DNA of 64,000 nucleotides from Escherichia coli (GTDB lineage Bacteria; Pseudomonadota; Gammaproteobacteria; Enterobacterales; Enterobacteriaceae): NCBI RefSeq assembly GCF_013315695.1, contig NZ_CP054353.1; one strand, 5' to 3'. Shown piece by piece: positions 45,285 to 56,239 of this stretch (position 1 is its first letter; each line of letters starts with the position of its first letter). The notes under the pieces were generated by a model. It saw only the letters and a program-made list of their open reading frames with translations, ran no database searches and was not told where the DNA came from. The position numbers and the translations under genes were made by a program.

Positions 45285-47420
45285 TTACTTCAACACATAA
45301 CCGTACAATCGTTTCATGCCATCTGCATCGGTTTCGCTATAGACACCTTGCAGCTCCGGCGAAAATCCCGGCAACAAATTCACCCCTTCTTCCAGCGCAA
45401 GGAAATAACGTTGAACCGCCCCACCCCAGACTTCTCCGGGTACCACGCAAAGCACGCCAGGTGGATAAGGCAACGCCCCTTCTGCCGCAATTCGCCCTTC
45501 GGCATCACGAATCCGCACCAACTCCACTTCACCGCGAATATAAGCGCTATGCGCATCCTGGGGATTCATCACCACTGACGGGAAACTCTGCTGGCGGAAC
45601 ATCGCTTTTTGTAGGTCTTTGACGTCGAAACTGACATAAAGATCGTGCATCTCCTGACACAACTGACGCAGGGTGTAGTCGCGATAGCGCACCGGATATT
45701 TGTTATAAACGCTCGGCAACACCTCAGCCAGCAGCGAGTCATCCTCAATATGCTGTTCAAACTGCGCCAGCATCGCCACCAGTTGTGCCAGCTTCTCGTG
45801 GCTTTCCGCCGGAGTTAATAAGAACAGAATGGAGTTGAGATCGCACTTCTCCGGCACAATGCCGTTCTCACGCAGATAGTGCGCCAGAATCGTCGCCGGA
45901 ACGCCAAAGTCGCTATATTCGCCAGTTTCGGCATTGATACCTGGTGTAGTGAGTAACAGCTTGCACGGATCAACAAAATACTGATCCACGGCATATCCTT
46001 CAAAGCCGTGCCACTTCGCCCCCGGCTCAAAACTGAAAAAACGGCGGTCGCTGGCTAACACTGACGTCGGATAATCCTGCCACAATTTGCCATCAACAAC
46101 GGGCGGGATAAACGGGCGGAACAGCTTACAGTGCGCAAGAATAGCCTTGCGCGCTTCAATCCCTATCTCAACACACTCAGCCCACAGCCGACGCCCACTC
46201 TCTCCTTCATGAATTTTGGCGTTAACGTCCAGCGCGGCAAACAGCGGATAGAACGGGCTGGTAGAAGCATGGAGCATAAAGGCATTATTCAACCGCTTAT
46301 GCGGGCAAAAACGCGCCTGTCCGCGGATATGGTTATCTTTTTTATGGATCTGCGACGTCTGTGAGAATCCCGCCTGCTGTTTGTGCACTGACTGGGTCAC
46401 AAAGATCCCCGGATCGTTTTCGTTAAGTTCTAACAGCAGCGGCGAGCTATCCGCCATCATCGGGATAAACTGTTCGTAACCGACCCACGCGGAATCAAAC
46501 AGAATGTAATCACACAGATGCCCAACGGTATCGATCACCTGGCGGGCGTTATAGACAGTGCCGTCATAGGTTCCCAGCTGAATAATCGCCAGGCGAAACG
46601 GGCGCGGCAACTCAGCTTTTTCTGGCGCAACGTCGCGAATTTGCTGGCGCAGATACTCTTCATTAAAACAGTGCGCATCAATACCGCCAATTAAACCAAA
46701 CGGGTTACGTGAAGCTTCCAGATAGACCGGCGTCGCCCCCGCCTGAATCAGCGCGCCGTGATGATTCGACTTATGGTTGTTACGGTCAAAGAGCACCAGA
46801 TCGCCACGCGTTAACAGCGCATTCGTCACCACTTTATTCGCTGCCGATGTGCCGTTCAGTACAAAATAGGTTTTATCGGCATGAAAGACTTTGGCTGCGA
46901 ATTTCTGCGCATCCTTCGCCGATCCTTCATGAATTAGCAGATCGCCCAATTTTACGTCAGCGTTACACATATCGGTGCGAAAGACGTTCTCACCAAAGAA
47001 ATCGTAAAAATGGCGTCCGGCAGGATGCTTTTTAAAGAACGCACCATGTTGATGCCCAGGGCAAGCAAAAGTGCTATTACCCATCTCAACGTACTGCGTC
47101 AGCGTGTCATAAAACGGTGGCAGCAAATTCTCTTCATACTGACAGGCTGCGGATTCCAGCTCCAGCCACTGCTGCTCGTTGCCGTTGATTACCGCCGTAA
47201 CGCCCGCAGGTAATTCAACAACATGTTCGGAATACAAAAACACCGGTAGATGAAAACCGGTGCGCTTAAGCAACGCAAGAATGCCACTGCGACTATCCGC
47301 AGCGGTAATGACGACTGCCGCGACGTCCGTAAAATCAGTATCTCCCAACGCCACCACGCGGCGATGAGTAGAAAGTCGGGATACCAGTTCACTACTGGCG
47401 GCAATATTCATTGATTTCAT
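45285..47420 (-). CDS. speC: Constitutive ornithine decarboxylase
   Basis: 711 aa; PLP-dependent Orn/Lys/Arg decarboxylase recognised by sequence. Confidence 0.95.
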   Translation of the reverse strand: MKSMNIAASSELVSRLSTHRRVVALGDTDFTDVAAVVITAADSRSGILALLKRTGFHLPVFLYSEHVVELPAGVTAVINGNEQQWLELESAACQYEENLLPPFYDTLTQYVEMGNSTFACPGHQHGAFFKKHPAGRHFYDFFGENVFRTDMCNADVKLGDLLIHEGSAKDAQKFAAKVFHADKTYFVLNGTSAANKVVTNALLTRGDLVLFDRNNHKSNHHGALIQAGATPVYLEASRNPFGLIGGIDAHCFNEEYLRQQIRDVAPEKAELPRPFRLAIIQLGTYDGTVYNARQVIDTVGHLCDYILFDSAWVGYEQFIPMMADSSPLLLELNENDPGIFVTQSVHKQQAGFSQTSQIHKKDNHIRGQARFCPHKRLNNAFMLHASTSPFYPLFAALDVNAKIHEGESGRRLWAECVEIGIEARKAILAHCKLFRPFIPPVVDGKLWQDYPTSVLASDRRFFSFEPGAKWHGFEGYAVDQYFVDPCKLLLTTPGINAETGEYSDFGVPATILAHYLRENGIVPEKCDLNSILFLLTPAESHEKLAQLVAMLAQFEQHIEDDSLLAEVLPSVYNKYPVRYRDYTLRQLCQEMHDLYVSFDVKDLQKAMFRQQSFPSVVMNPQDAHSAYIRGEVELVRIRDAEGRIAAEGALPYPPGVLCVVPGEVWGGAVQRYFLALEEGVNLLPGFSPELQGVYSETDADGMKRLYGYVLK

Positions 47421-47818
47421 AAGCGCAAAACCCGTTTAGGGGAAGTAAGAATACCGGACAAGGTGGAAAACCCTGCCCCATGAGATATGGGTCAAACTGG
47501 TCACCAGCTCCGACCACCAGACATCAGTAAAAGCAGAAACGCTCTGATTTTACTGTTGTCCTGCAGTGAGCGTGCGTTAACTTCACCGCATGAGCAGTAG
47601 CATAAAAAGAGAAGAGTTTCGCGCGAAACGGCGATAAGCGAGAGAATGTAAGGAGGTGGCGTGCATCGGGCAAACTCCGTACAGAGAGGAGAAAATTCGC
47701 GCAATCATGGCACCTTTCGCTAAAGCGTGCAAGCCAGGACTTTGCGAACAAACAAGCCATCGACGGCGCCAAAAGTTCATAATAAGAAAATCAAACAATA
47801 CAGCTAACAGGAACTCTT

Positions 47819-48526
47819 GTGGTCATCGGCCCTTTTATCAACGCAAGTGCAGTCTTACTGGGTGGCGTTTTCGGCGCACTCCTTAGCCAACGCTTACCGG
47901 AACGTATCCGCGTCTCCATGACATCAATTTTTGGTCTGGCATCGCTGGGGATTGGTATTTTACTGGTGGTGAAATGCGCCAACCTTCCGGCGATGGTTTT
48001 AGCAACCTTACTCGGAGCTTTAATCGGCGAAATTTGTCTGCTGGAAAAAGGCGTCAATACAGCGGTCGCCAAAGCACAAAATCTGTTTCGTCACTCACGT
48101 AAGAAGCCAGCGCATGAATCTTTTATTCAGAATTATGTCGCGATTATTGTCCTGTTTTGCGCCAGCGGCACCGGGATCTTCGGGGCGATGAACGAAGGGA
48201 TGACCGGCGATCCGAGTATTTTAATCGCCAAGTCATTTCTCGATTTCTTTACGGCGATGATCTTCGCCTGCTCGCTGGGTATTGCGGTGTCGGTAATTAG
48301 TATCCCATTACTGATCATCCAGTTAACGCTGGCGTGGGCTGCCGCGCTGATATTACCGCTGACCACACCGTCGATGATGGCAGACTTCAGCGCCGTAGGC
48401 GGTTTATTGCTGATGGCAACCGGATTACGCATCTGTGGCATTAAAATGTTCCCGGTGGTCAACATGCTTCCAGCACTCCTTCTGGCAATGCCGCTTTCCG
48501 CCGCCTGGACCGCCTGGTTTGCCTGA
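47819..48526 (+). CDS. yqgA: DUF554-family inner membrane protein YqgA
   Basis: 235 aa polytopic ORF with apparent GTG start, immediately upstream of tRNA-Phe. Confidence 0.8.
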   Translation: MVIGPFINASAVLLGGVFGALLSQRLPERIRVSMTSIFGLASLGIGILLVVKCANLPAMVLATLLGALIGEICLLEKGVNTAVAKAQNLFRHSRKKPAHESFIQNYVAIIVLFCASGTGIFGAMNEGMTGDPSILIAKSFLDFFTAMIFACSLGIAVSVISIPLLIIQLTLAWAAALILPLTTPSMMADFSAVGGLLLMATGLRICGIKMFPVVNMLPALLLAMPLSAAWTAWFA

Positions 48527-48631
48527 CAATGCGTGCAATAGCGGCAAAGTGATGATAGATTGTGCAGTCTGCACTAAATTGAAGAAATTTGATTGACGAG
48601 ACGAGGCGAATCAGGTTTAATGCGCCCCGTT

Positions 48632-48707
48632 GCCCGGATAGCTCAGTCGGTAGAGCAGGGGATTGAAAATCCCCGTGTCCTTGGTTCGATTCCGAGTCCG
48701 GGCACCA
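48632..48707 (+). tRNA. pheV: tRNA-Phe (anticodon GAA); integration target for the downstream island
   Basis: 76 nt GCCCGGATAGCTCAGTCGGTAGAGCAGGGGATTGAAAATCCCC...GGCACCA with anticodon loop TTGAAAA; cloverleaf verified by eye. Confidence 0.95.
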
Positions 48708-48904
48708 AATTCATATCAACGGACCTCCACGGAGGTCCGTTTTTCGTTTCAGAACGCCACAATTTAAGCGTTCTGCCTCCAAATCAATTCTACCGAACTC
48801 AACCAGATTCCCCCCACATCAACCCCATTGTGTGGGTATAATTGCGGGTATACCCCAGTTCGACAGAATTTGTACCCTCTTTAACGCATTCAGAAGGCTG
48901 AACT

Positions 48905-50170
48905 ATGGCACTGACTGACGCAAAAATCCGGGCTGCAAAGCCCACTGACAAGGCTTATAAACTCACTGACGGGGCTGGCATGTTCCTGCTGGTACATCCT
49001 AATGGTTCCCGTTACTGGCGTCTCCGTTATCGTATTCTGGGTAAGGAGAAAACCCTGGCACTTGGTGTGTATCAGGAAGTTTCTCTCTCCGAAGCTCGTA
49101 CAAAACGGGATGAGGCCCGAAAACTGATTTCGGAGGGGGTTGACCCTTGCGAACAGAAAAGAGCTAAAAAAGTAGTCCCTGATTTACAGCTCTCTTTTGA
49201 ACATATTGCACGACGCTGGCATGCCAGTAATAAACAATGGGCACAATCACACAGCGATAAAGTACTCAAAAGCCTCGAGACTCACGTTTTCCCCTTTATC
49301 GGCAACCGGGATATCACAACACTCAGTACCCCAGATCTGCTTATCCCTGTTCGTGCTGCAGAAGTTAAACAAATTTATGAAATCGCCAGTCGTCTGCAGC
49401 AAAGAATATCTGCTGTAATGCGTTATGCCGTACAGTCTGGCATCATCAGATATAACCCGGCTCTGGATATGGCTGGTGCATTGACCACGGTAAAACGCCA
49501 GCATCGCCCTGCTCTGGATCTTTCACGCCTGCCTGAACTTCTGTCGCGTATTGACGGTTATAAAGGCCAGCCTGTCACCCGACTGGCAGTTATGCTGAAT
49601 TTACTGGTTTTTATTCGTTCCAGTGAACTCAGATATGCCCGCTGGTCTGAAATTGATATTGACAATGCCATGTGGACTATTCCAGCCGAACTCGAACCTC
49701 TGCCAGGCGTAAAATTTTCATACCGGGGCTCCAAGATGCGAACACCACATCTTGTGCCACTCAGCCAACAGGCTGTAGCCATACTGGCAGAACTTCAGAC
49801 ATGGGCAGGTGAAAATGGTCTGATCTTTACGGGAGCACACGACCCACGTAAACCAATCAGTGAAAATACCGTAAATAAGGCCCTCAGAGTGATGGGGTAT
49901 GACACAACCAAGGAAGTCTGTGGCCATGGATTCCGGGCGATGGCGTGCAGTGCATTGATTGAATCCGGCTTATGGTCAAGAGATGCGGTTGAACGTCAGA
50001 TGAGTCATCAGGAGCGCAACGGAGTACGTGCCGCGTATATTCATAAAGCAGAACATCTGGAAGAACGTCGGCTTATGCTGCAATGGTGGGCAGATTTTCT
50101 GGATGCAAACAGGGAGGAGTGTATCAGTCCGTTTGAATATGCAAAAGTTAACAATCCACTGAAAAGGTGA
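48905..50170 (+). CDS. int: P4-type tyrosine integrase (tRNA-associated island integrase)
   Basis: 421 aa ORF 200 bp downstream of tRNA-Phe; C-terminal catalytic region with HGFRAMA...R...Y-type motifs; appears intact. Confidence 0.9.
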   Translation: MALTDAKIRAAKPTDKAYKLTDGAGMFLLVHPNGSRYWRLRYRILGKEKTLALGVYQEVSLSEARTKRDEARKLISEGVDPCEQKRAKKVVPDLQLSFEHIARRWHASNKQWAQSHSDKVLKSLETHVFPFIGNRDITTLSTPDLLIPVRAAEVKQIYEIASRLQQRISAVMRYAVQSGIIRYNPALDMAGALTTVKRQHRPALDLSRLPELLSRIDGYKGQPVTRLAVMLNLLVFIRSSELRYARWSEIDIDNAMWTIPAELEPLPGVKFSYRGSKMRTPHLVPLSQQAVAILAELQTWAGENGLIFTGAHDPRKPISENTVNKALRVMGYDTTKEVCGHGFRAMACSALIESGLWSRDAVERQMSHQERNGVRAAYIHKAEHLEERRLMLQWWADFLDANREECISPFEYAKVNNPLKR

Positions 50171-50395
50171 CTGAACGCCATTTACACACATGCTCTTCCT
50201 CTTAAGGGGAAGAGCACCCGCCTCAATCAATTTCTTTTTTATGCCGGCGGAACCATCAGCCAGGCTGAGGTTCTCATTCAATAACTCAACGTCTTACCAC
50301 AGAACAGAATTCACTGTATTATCATGGGCAACGTTAATCCCGGACAATAAAAGGACACCGATGCCAGGCATCACAATTTTTATAGCCTGCAGGTT

Positions 50396-51469
50396 ATGGT
50401 CCATCCTTTTTTACAGGTTCAGAATATGACTGGCAAATTACGCTTTGAAGTGAACGATAACCAGGGCTGTTTCATATTTCCGGAAACCTGGTTTGGCTCG
50501 TTGCTGGATGAGTTTGAAGAACTGATTGATGCATACGATGCGGATGAAATCAGCGAAACAAGTTACATCAACAAACTCAGGCGCCTTGCCCGACAGGAGA
50601 ATGACTTTATTGATGTACACGCTCACTTGGCATACGTATTTCTGGAGCAGAATGCCCCGCGTAAGGCGCTGAATGCTGCCCTTAAAGGGCTGGCAATTGG
50701 CAATCGTCTTATCCCTGAAGGTTTCAGTGGCAGAATCATCTGGATACATCCTGACAACCGACCTTTTCTTCGTGCCCTCTATGCGGCAATCCTGGCAAAT
50801 GCACATTTACAGCGTCATCAGGATGCCATCATGCTCATTGAAAAAATACTGGATTACAATCCCGAAGATAATCATGGTGCACGCTGGCTACTGGGACCGG
50901 AACTGTTACGCACTGGCGCTCATGAACAGGCACGCCATATACTGCAGGAACATGCAGATGAATTTTCACCTTACTGGTATGAACTCGGCCTTCTGCATTT
51001 TCTTAATGGGGAACTGGTAAAAGCTGCAACTGCATTTCGTCGCGGCTTTGCGGCAAATACTTACATCGCAGAAATACTGTGCGGAAATCTGCATCCATTT
51101 CCACTTGCTGTATGGCATAACTTTTCAGGCGGTCCGGATACTGCCGAAGATTATTATGCCACATACCACCCGTTATGGGGGCAATATCCGGAAGCATTGC
51201 TGTTTGTAAACTGGCTCTATAATCATTCCTCTGTGCTGCATGAACGGGCAGAAATCATTAAATGCGCCGAAATGCTGATGCAGGAAGATGATTTCGAAAT
51301 ATGCGAAAGTATTTTAAGACAGCAGGAGAAGTTGCGTGAAAGAATTGATGAGACGCTTTCTGAGAAAATTGTACAGAAATGCAGAAATATGAATGGTGAA
51401 TATGTCTGGCCCTGGATATTGCCGTTTTCAGCGGCAGGCATGAAACATACTGGCATACAGTATCAGTAG
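50396..51469 (+). CDS. Hypothetical protein with TPR-like helical repeats (island cargo)
   Basis: 357 aa ORF (start may be the MTGKLRF Met at 50426); TPR-like segments such as YELGLLHFLNGELVKAATAFRRG; followed by a terminator. Confidence 0.55.
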   Translation: MVHPFLQVQNMTGKLRFEVNDNQGCFIFPETWFGSLLDEFEELIDAYDADEISETSYINKLRRLARQENDFIDVHAHLAYVFLEQNAPRKALNAALKGLAIGNRLIPEGFSGRIIWIHPDNRPFLRALYAAILANAHLQRHQDAIMLIEKILDYNPEDNHGARWLLGPELLRTGAHEQARHILQEHADEFSPYWYELGLLHFLNGELVKAATAFRRGFAANTYIAEILCGNLHPFPLAVWHNFSGGPDTAEDYYATYHPLWGQYPEALLFVNWLYNHSSVLHERAEIIKCAEMLMQEDDFEICESILRQQEKLRERIDETLSEKIVQKCRNMNGEYVWPWILPFSAAGMKHTGIQYQ

Positions 51470-51540
51470 ATATTGCATTAGTGTATCCTGCACACAAGTA
51501 ATAATTTATCCACCAATAATAACACTGTTAATGCCCCCTT

Positions 51541-51570
51541 CCCCTGGTTGTCAGCCAGGGGTTATCTTCT
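51541..51570 (+). terminator. Rho-independent terminator after the TPR-like gene
   Basis: CCCCTGG-TTGTCAG-CCAGGGG hairpin followed by TTATCTTCT. Confidence 0.6.
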
Positions 51571-52891
51571 GAATATTTCTTTTGAAAAGGATAACACAGT
51601 AAATTATTTTTATGAATTATCCCATGGACTCATTAACACCCTTTCATGATGCTTTATTGTCAAACACGTTATGGCTGACATCAAAAAAAACCGGATTTCC
51701 TCTGCCAGCGGGTAATCACCTTCCCGGTGTTTTCGGTTGGTCTGGTTACTCCTGTCTGGTTATTAGCAAGATAATTGCTATAAACAGTGGAAAACTCATC
51801 GTACATAATCTGGTGATGAACATTACGCTTATTTTCCCTTGACCGGAAGAATCAGAGGCTGTGGTTTCAGACTGTCTGCCAGTACATTCCTCTCTCCGTT
51901 AAAAACCATAACGGGTTCATTATCTTCGTCTGTCAGCAGATTGAATGGCGGTATATTTTCAGTACGAATGCCGGTCAGCCACTGAAAAATACCTGCGAAA
52001 TGACGGGCACTGATTTTTCTGCTGACGGACTGATGAGACGTGATGTCACTGGCGGTAATAATCAGGGGAACGCTGTAGCCTCCTTGTATATGGCCATCAT
52101 GATGAACAGGATTAGCACTATCGCTGACCGACATCCCATGGTCAGAAAAGTAAAGCATGGCGAAATGACGGGAATGCCGGCGAAGGATACCATCAAGCTG
52201 ACCGAGAAAGTTATCCAGTTTACTGATGCTGGCGAGGTAACAGGCAATTTTTCGGGGATACTGCCCCAGGTAATGATTCGGCCAGGAGTTAAGCCGGTCA
52301 CACGGATTCGGATGAGAGCCAATCATGTGCAGGAAAATCACCTTCGGAGAGGATTTATCCGCCAGTGCACGTTCTGTTTCCTGTAACAACAACATGTCAT
52401 CCGTTTTACGGGAAGCGAAGCTGCCTTTCTTGAGGAAAACGGTATGCTCCGCATCAGAAGCAATAACAGAGATGCGTGTGTCATGCTCTCCCAGTTTTCC
52501 CTGATTGGATATCCACCATGTGCTGTATCCTGCTTTTGCTGCCAGCGCCACCACGTTGTTGCCGGAATCAGGGTTCTGCTCATAGTCATAAATCAGTGTC
52601 CGGCTCAGGGAAGGCACAGTACTGGCTGCTGCCGATGTATAGCCGTCAATAAATAAACCGGGAGCAGTATTCAGCCACGGTGTGGTTGGCACGGGATAGC
52701 CATATACCGACATATAATCCCTGCGCACACTCTCACCAGTGACGATAACAATCGTGTCATACAACGGTACACCCGGCAGGATTTTCCAGTTGTCAGCCCC
52801 GTGCTGATTCGTAAGCGTCGTCTCAGCACCGTCTGGCAGATCCTGAAATTCCTGAGAGAATAGTGGACACCAAATATGGTGGACGCTATCC

Positions 52892-53296
52892 ATGAAATCA
52901 TTAACCGCAGTGCGTAAAAAAAGCCCTAATTATCCCGTTGAGTTCAAAATCAAAATGGTTGAACTCTCGCATCGACCAGAGATCTCCGTAGCGCAACTCG
53001 CTCGTGAGCATGGGATCAACGATAATTTGCTGTTCAAGTGGCGCCAGTACTGGCGCGAAGGAAAACTACGTCCTCCTTCAACAACAGAAAACAACGTGCC
53101 TGAGCTGCTCCCGATAACACTTGATGCCGAAGATGTTGTCCCTACAACCTCCCCCCGGTCACAACCTGTAGCTGCTGCGACACCTGAATCACTCAATATC
53201 AGCTGTGAAGTGACGTTCCGGCACGGATCACTCCGTCTGAATGGTGCCATCAGCGAAAATATCCTGAACCTGCTGATACGGGAGCTCAAACGTTGA
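52892..53296 (+). CDS. IS66-family accessory protein (TnpA/orfA)
   Basis: 134 aa, first ORF of the element. Confidence 0.8.
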   Translation: MKSLTAVRKKSPNYPVEFKIKMVELSHRPEISVAQLAREHGINDNLLFKWRQYWREGKLRPPSTTENNVPELLPITLDAEDVVPTTSPRSQPVAAATPESLNISCEVTFRHGSLRLNGAISENILNLLIRELKR

Positions 53297-53640
53297 TCCC
53301 ATTACCATCAGGGACAAAGATCTGGCTGGTCGCTGGCATCACCGATATGAGAAACGGCTTCAACGGCCTGGCGGCAAAGGTGCAGACGACGCTGAAAGAC
53401 GATCCGATGTCAGGTCACGTTTTTATCTTCCGTGGGCGTAATGGCAGTCAGGTAAAGCTCCTCTGGTCTACCGGCGATGGACTGTGTCTGCTGACCAAAC
53501 GGCTGGAGCGCGGCCGCTTCGCCTGGCCGTCAGCCCGGGATGGCAAAGTGTTCCTCACACCGGCACAGCTGGCGATGCTGCTGGAAGGTATCGACTGGCG
53601 GCAGCCTAAAAGACTGCTTACGTCCCTGACTATGTTGTAA
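53293..53640 (+). CDS. IS66-family accessory protein (TnpB/orfB)
   Basis: 115 aa MIPLPSGTKIWLVAGITDMRNGFNGLAAKVQ..., typical IS66 orf2. Confidence 0.85.
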   Translation: MIPLPSGTKIWLVAGITDMRNGFNGLAAKVQTTLKDDPMSGHVFIFRGRNGSQVKLLWSTGDGLCLLTKRLERGRFAWPSARDGKVFLTPAQLAMLLEGIDWRQPKRLLTSLTML

Positions 53641-53688
53641 GCCTCTTTATCCTGGTCGACGCTGAATGAGCCTGGTAATATACCCGGT

Positions 53689-55227
53689 ATGAGCAGCTCA
53701 CTTCCTGACGATATCAATGCACTGAAACGTCTCCTTGCCGAACAGGAGGCGCTGAACCGTGCCCTGCTGGAAAAGCTGAACGAGCGTGAACGCGAAATAG
53801 ACCATCTGCAGGCACAGCTGGATAAGCTGCGCCTGATGAACGTCGGCAGCTGCTCCGAAAAAGTCTCCCGTCGTATCGCACAGATGGAAGCTGACCTGAA
53901 GGCACTTCAGAAAGAAAGTGATACCCTTACCGGTCGGGTTGACGACCCGGCCGTGCAGCGCCCGCTGCGTCAAACCCGCACCCGCAAACCGTTCCCCGAA
54001 TCACTCCCCCGCGATGAAAAACGGCTGCTGCCGGCAGCGTCATGCTGCCCGGAATGTGGAGGCTCGCTGAGCTATCTGGGTGAGGATGCCGCCGAACAGC
54101 TGGAGCTGATGCGCAGCGCCTTCCGGGTTATCCGGACTGTACGTGAAAAGCATGCCTGTACTCAGTGCGATGCCATCGTGCAGGCCCCCGCGCCTTCACG
54201 GCCCATCGAGCGGGGTATCGCCGGACCGGGGCTGCTGGCCCGCGTGCTGACCTCGAAGTATGCAGAGCACACCCCGCTGTATCGCCAGTCAGAAATATAC
54301 GGCCGGCAAGGTGTGGAGCTGAGCCGTTCACTGCTGTCGGGCTGGGTGGATGCATGCTGCCGGCAGCTGTCTCCGCTGGAGGAGGCGCTTCATGGCTATG
54401 TGCTGACTGACGGTAAGCTCCATGCTGATGACACGCCTGTCCCGGTGCTGTTGCCAGGCAATAAGAAAACGAAGACCGGGCGGTTATGGACCTACGTTCG
54501 TGACGACCGTAACGCCGGGTCAACGCTGGCGCCGGCGGTGTGGTTCGCTTACAGCCCGGACAGAAAAGGCATCCATCCGCAGACCCATCTTGCGGGGTTC
54601 AGTGGTGTACTGCAGGCGGATGCATACGCCGGGTTCAACGAGCTGTACCGGGATGGCCGGATAACGGAAGCCGCCTGTTGGGCTCACGCCCGCCGTAAAA
54701 TCCACGATGTGCACGTTCGCACCCCGTCAGCCCTGACGGAGGAAGCGCTGAAACGGATCGGCGAACTGTACGCCATCGAGGCAGAGATAAGGGGAATGAC
54801 GGCGGAGCAGCGCCTTGCCGAACGTCAGTTGAAAACGAAACCGCTGCTGAAATCCCTGGAAAGCTGGCTGCGTGAAAAGATGAAAACCCTGTCGCGACAC
54901 TCAGAACTGGCGAAAGCGTTCGCATACGCCCTGAACCAGTGGCCGGCGCTGACGTACTATGCAGATGATGGCTGGGCTGAGGCGGACAATAACATCGCTG
55001 AAAATGCGTTGCGGATGGTCAGTCTGGGCCGCAAAAACTACCTGTTCTTCGGTTCGGATCATGGAGGAGAGCGGGGAGCGCTGCTGTACAGCCTGATCGG
55101 GACGTGCAAACTGAACGGAGTGGAGCCAGAAAGCTACCTCCGCTATGTCCTTGACGTCATAGCCGACTGGCCGATAAACCGGGTCGGCGAACTGCTCCCC
55201 TGGCGCGTAGCACTGCCGACTGAATAA
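53689..55227 (+). CDS. IS66-family transposase (TnpC)
   Basis: 512 aa with N-terminal leucine-zipper region, CxxC zinc motif and DDE-type core. Confidence 0.85.
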   Translation: MSSSLPDDINALKRLLAEQEALNRALLEKLNEREREIDHLQAQLDKLRLMNVGSCSEKVSRRIAQMEADLKALQKESDTLTGRVDDPAVQRPLRQTRTRKPFPESLPRDEKRLLPAASCCPECGGSLSYLGEDAAEQLELMRSAFRVIRTVREKHACTQCDAIVQAPAPSRPIERGIAGPGLLARVLTSKYAEHTPLYRQSEIYGRQGVELSRSLLSGWVDACCRQLSPLEEALHGYVLTDGKLHADDTPVPVLLPGNKKTKTGRLWTYVRDDRNAGSTLAPAVWFAYSPDRKGIHPQTHLAGFSGVLQADAYAGFNELYRDGRITEAACWAHARRKIHDVHVRTPSALTEEALKRIGELYAIEAEIRGMTAEQRLAERQLKTKPLLKSLESWLREKMKTLSRHSELAKAFAYALNQWPALTYYADDGWAEADNNIAENALRMVSLGRKNYLFFGSDHGGERGALLYSLIGTCKLNGVEPESYLRYVLDVIADWPINRVGELLPWRVALPTE

Positions 55228-55981
55228 CACATCCCCGTCAATACGGTTCTTGCTGCACGCTTACGCTGATTCAGTTGTTTATAACGCTGCATTTCACGCA
55301 ATGTGTCAGTTGTCCCCACAACAGTTCCTTTAACCATCCGCAAAGGCCAGCTGTTTACTGAGCATAATACGAACAGCAGCAGTGCCAGCCAGTTACGGTG
55401 ACCGCTGTGGTGTGTTCGCCAGAAAATCACCATGAATACCAGAATCGCGGCACTGACCAGAAAATGATAAACAGGAATCATCCCGGTAAACTCCGCTGCC
55501 TCATCAGTTGTGGTCTGCAACAACGCGACAATAAAGCTGTTGTTGATTTTACCGTACGTCATACCGGCAGGCGCATACAGTGCACAACAGAACAGAAATA
55601 ACAGCGCTGTAATGGATGTGAGGGTATTTCTGTGTGCAAGGAGCAGAAGGAGAAACAGAAGCAGCACATTTCCTGTTGCATTCTTCTCAGTGTATCCGCA
55701 TGCAATTGTGGTTATTGCAGAAACAACAAAAAAGAATAAAAACAATAAAATCCGGGGTGTGTTGCCCGGACAAAACAGTTTTCTGATATTCATCGGAGTA
55801 TATCGACAACATTATTATGAAGAGAACAGGATAATAAAAATCAGAAATTATCTGTAAAACAAATAACAGACAACTCTGCAGTAATAGACTGCAGGGTATT
55901 TCTGTTTAATTGCAGAAGATATTCAATTATCTTAATTACAGAATATACGCAATTATCGTTCAGGAGCAGTGTCGTCAGAAG

Positions 55982-56239
55982 TTATAAGTCATACCAAGCA
56001 TGATGGGTTGGTGACCATAAAGAACCAGCTAAAGCTGTACTCCTGTACTCAGTATATACACGACGACTTAATTTCGTTTTCTCTATTTCATGCTCCACTC
56101 TTTTTACCGTTTCACTAACATCAGAAACATTTTCAATCACAAAACTCTTACGTTCATAAATAAGCCTGCTTAATGTATTTATATCTAAAAATTTCGCATC
56201 AAAAGAATCAATCTGTACTGTTTTTTCTTGTACTGACAT
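55982..56239 (-). CDS. Small hypothetical protein (85 aa)
   Basis: AT-rich ORF with plausible RBS (AGGAAAAGAAG before the ATG); no recognisable family. Confidence 0.3.
   Translation of the reverse strand: MSVQEKTVQIDSFDAKFLDINTLSRLIYERKSFVIENVSDVSETVKRVEHEIEKTKLSRRVYTEYRSTALAGSLWSPTHHAWYDL

Larger units (their letters stand above)
52811..55264 (+). mobile_element. IS66-family insertion sequence (about 2.45 kb) with three ORFs
   Basis: Starts GTAAGCGTCG..., ends ...CACGCTTAC (imperfect inverted repeats); three-ORF IS66 organisation; flanked by an 8 bp direct repeat GCTGATTC at 52803-52810 and 55265-55272. Confidence 0.85.
51829..55793 (-). pseudogene. Phosphoethanolamine-transferase-like (sulfatase-domain) membrane protein gene split by an IS66-family element; N-terminal part 55793..55265, C-terminal part 52802..51829
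   Basis: N-terminal ORF has multiple TM helices, C-terminal ORF has a sulfatase-like domain; removing the IS and one 8 bp duplication rejoins the halves in frame (1503 nt including stop). Confidence 0.7.

Noticed and set aside
47421-47818. About 400 bp intergenic region between speC and yqgA with overlapping short ORFs
   Set aside because: No convincing RBS, terminator or conserved RNA structure recognisable by eye; most likely promoter regions of divergent genes. A structured RNA cannot be excluded without covariance analysis.
50171-50395. Hairpin GCTCTTCC-TCTTAAGG-GGAAGAGC just after the integrase stop
   Set aside because: Could be an integrase terminator or part of an attachment-site remnant, but there is no clear T-run and no matching repeat elsewhere in the window; insufficient evidence.
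54128-54925. Minus- and plus-strand ORFs of 64-131 aa inside the IS66 transposase gene
   Set aside because: Alternative-frame or antisense ORFs within tnpC; Arg/Ala/Pro-rich.
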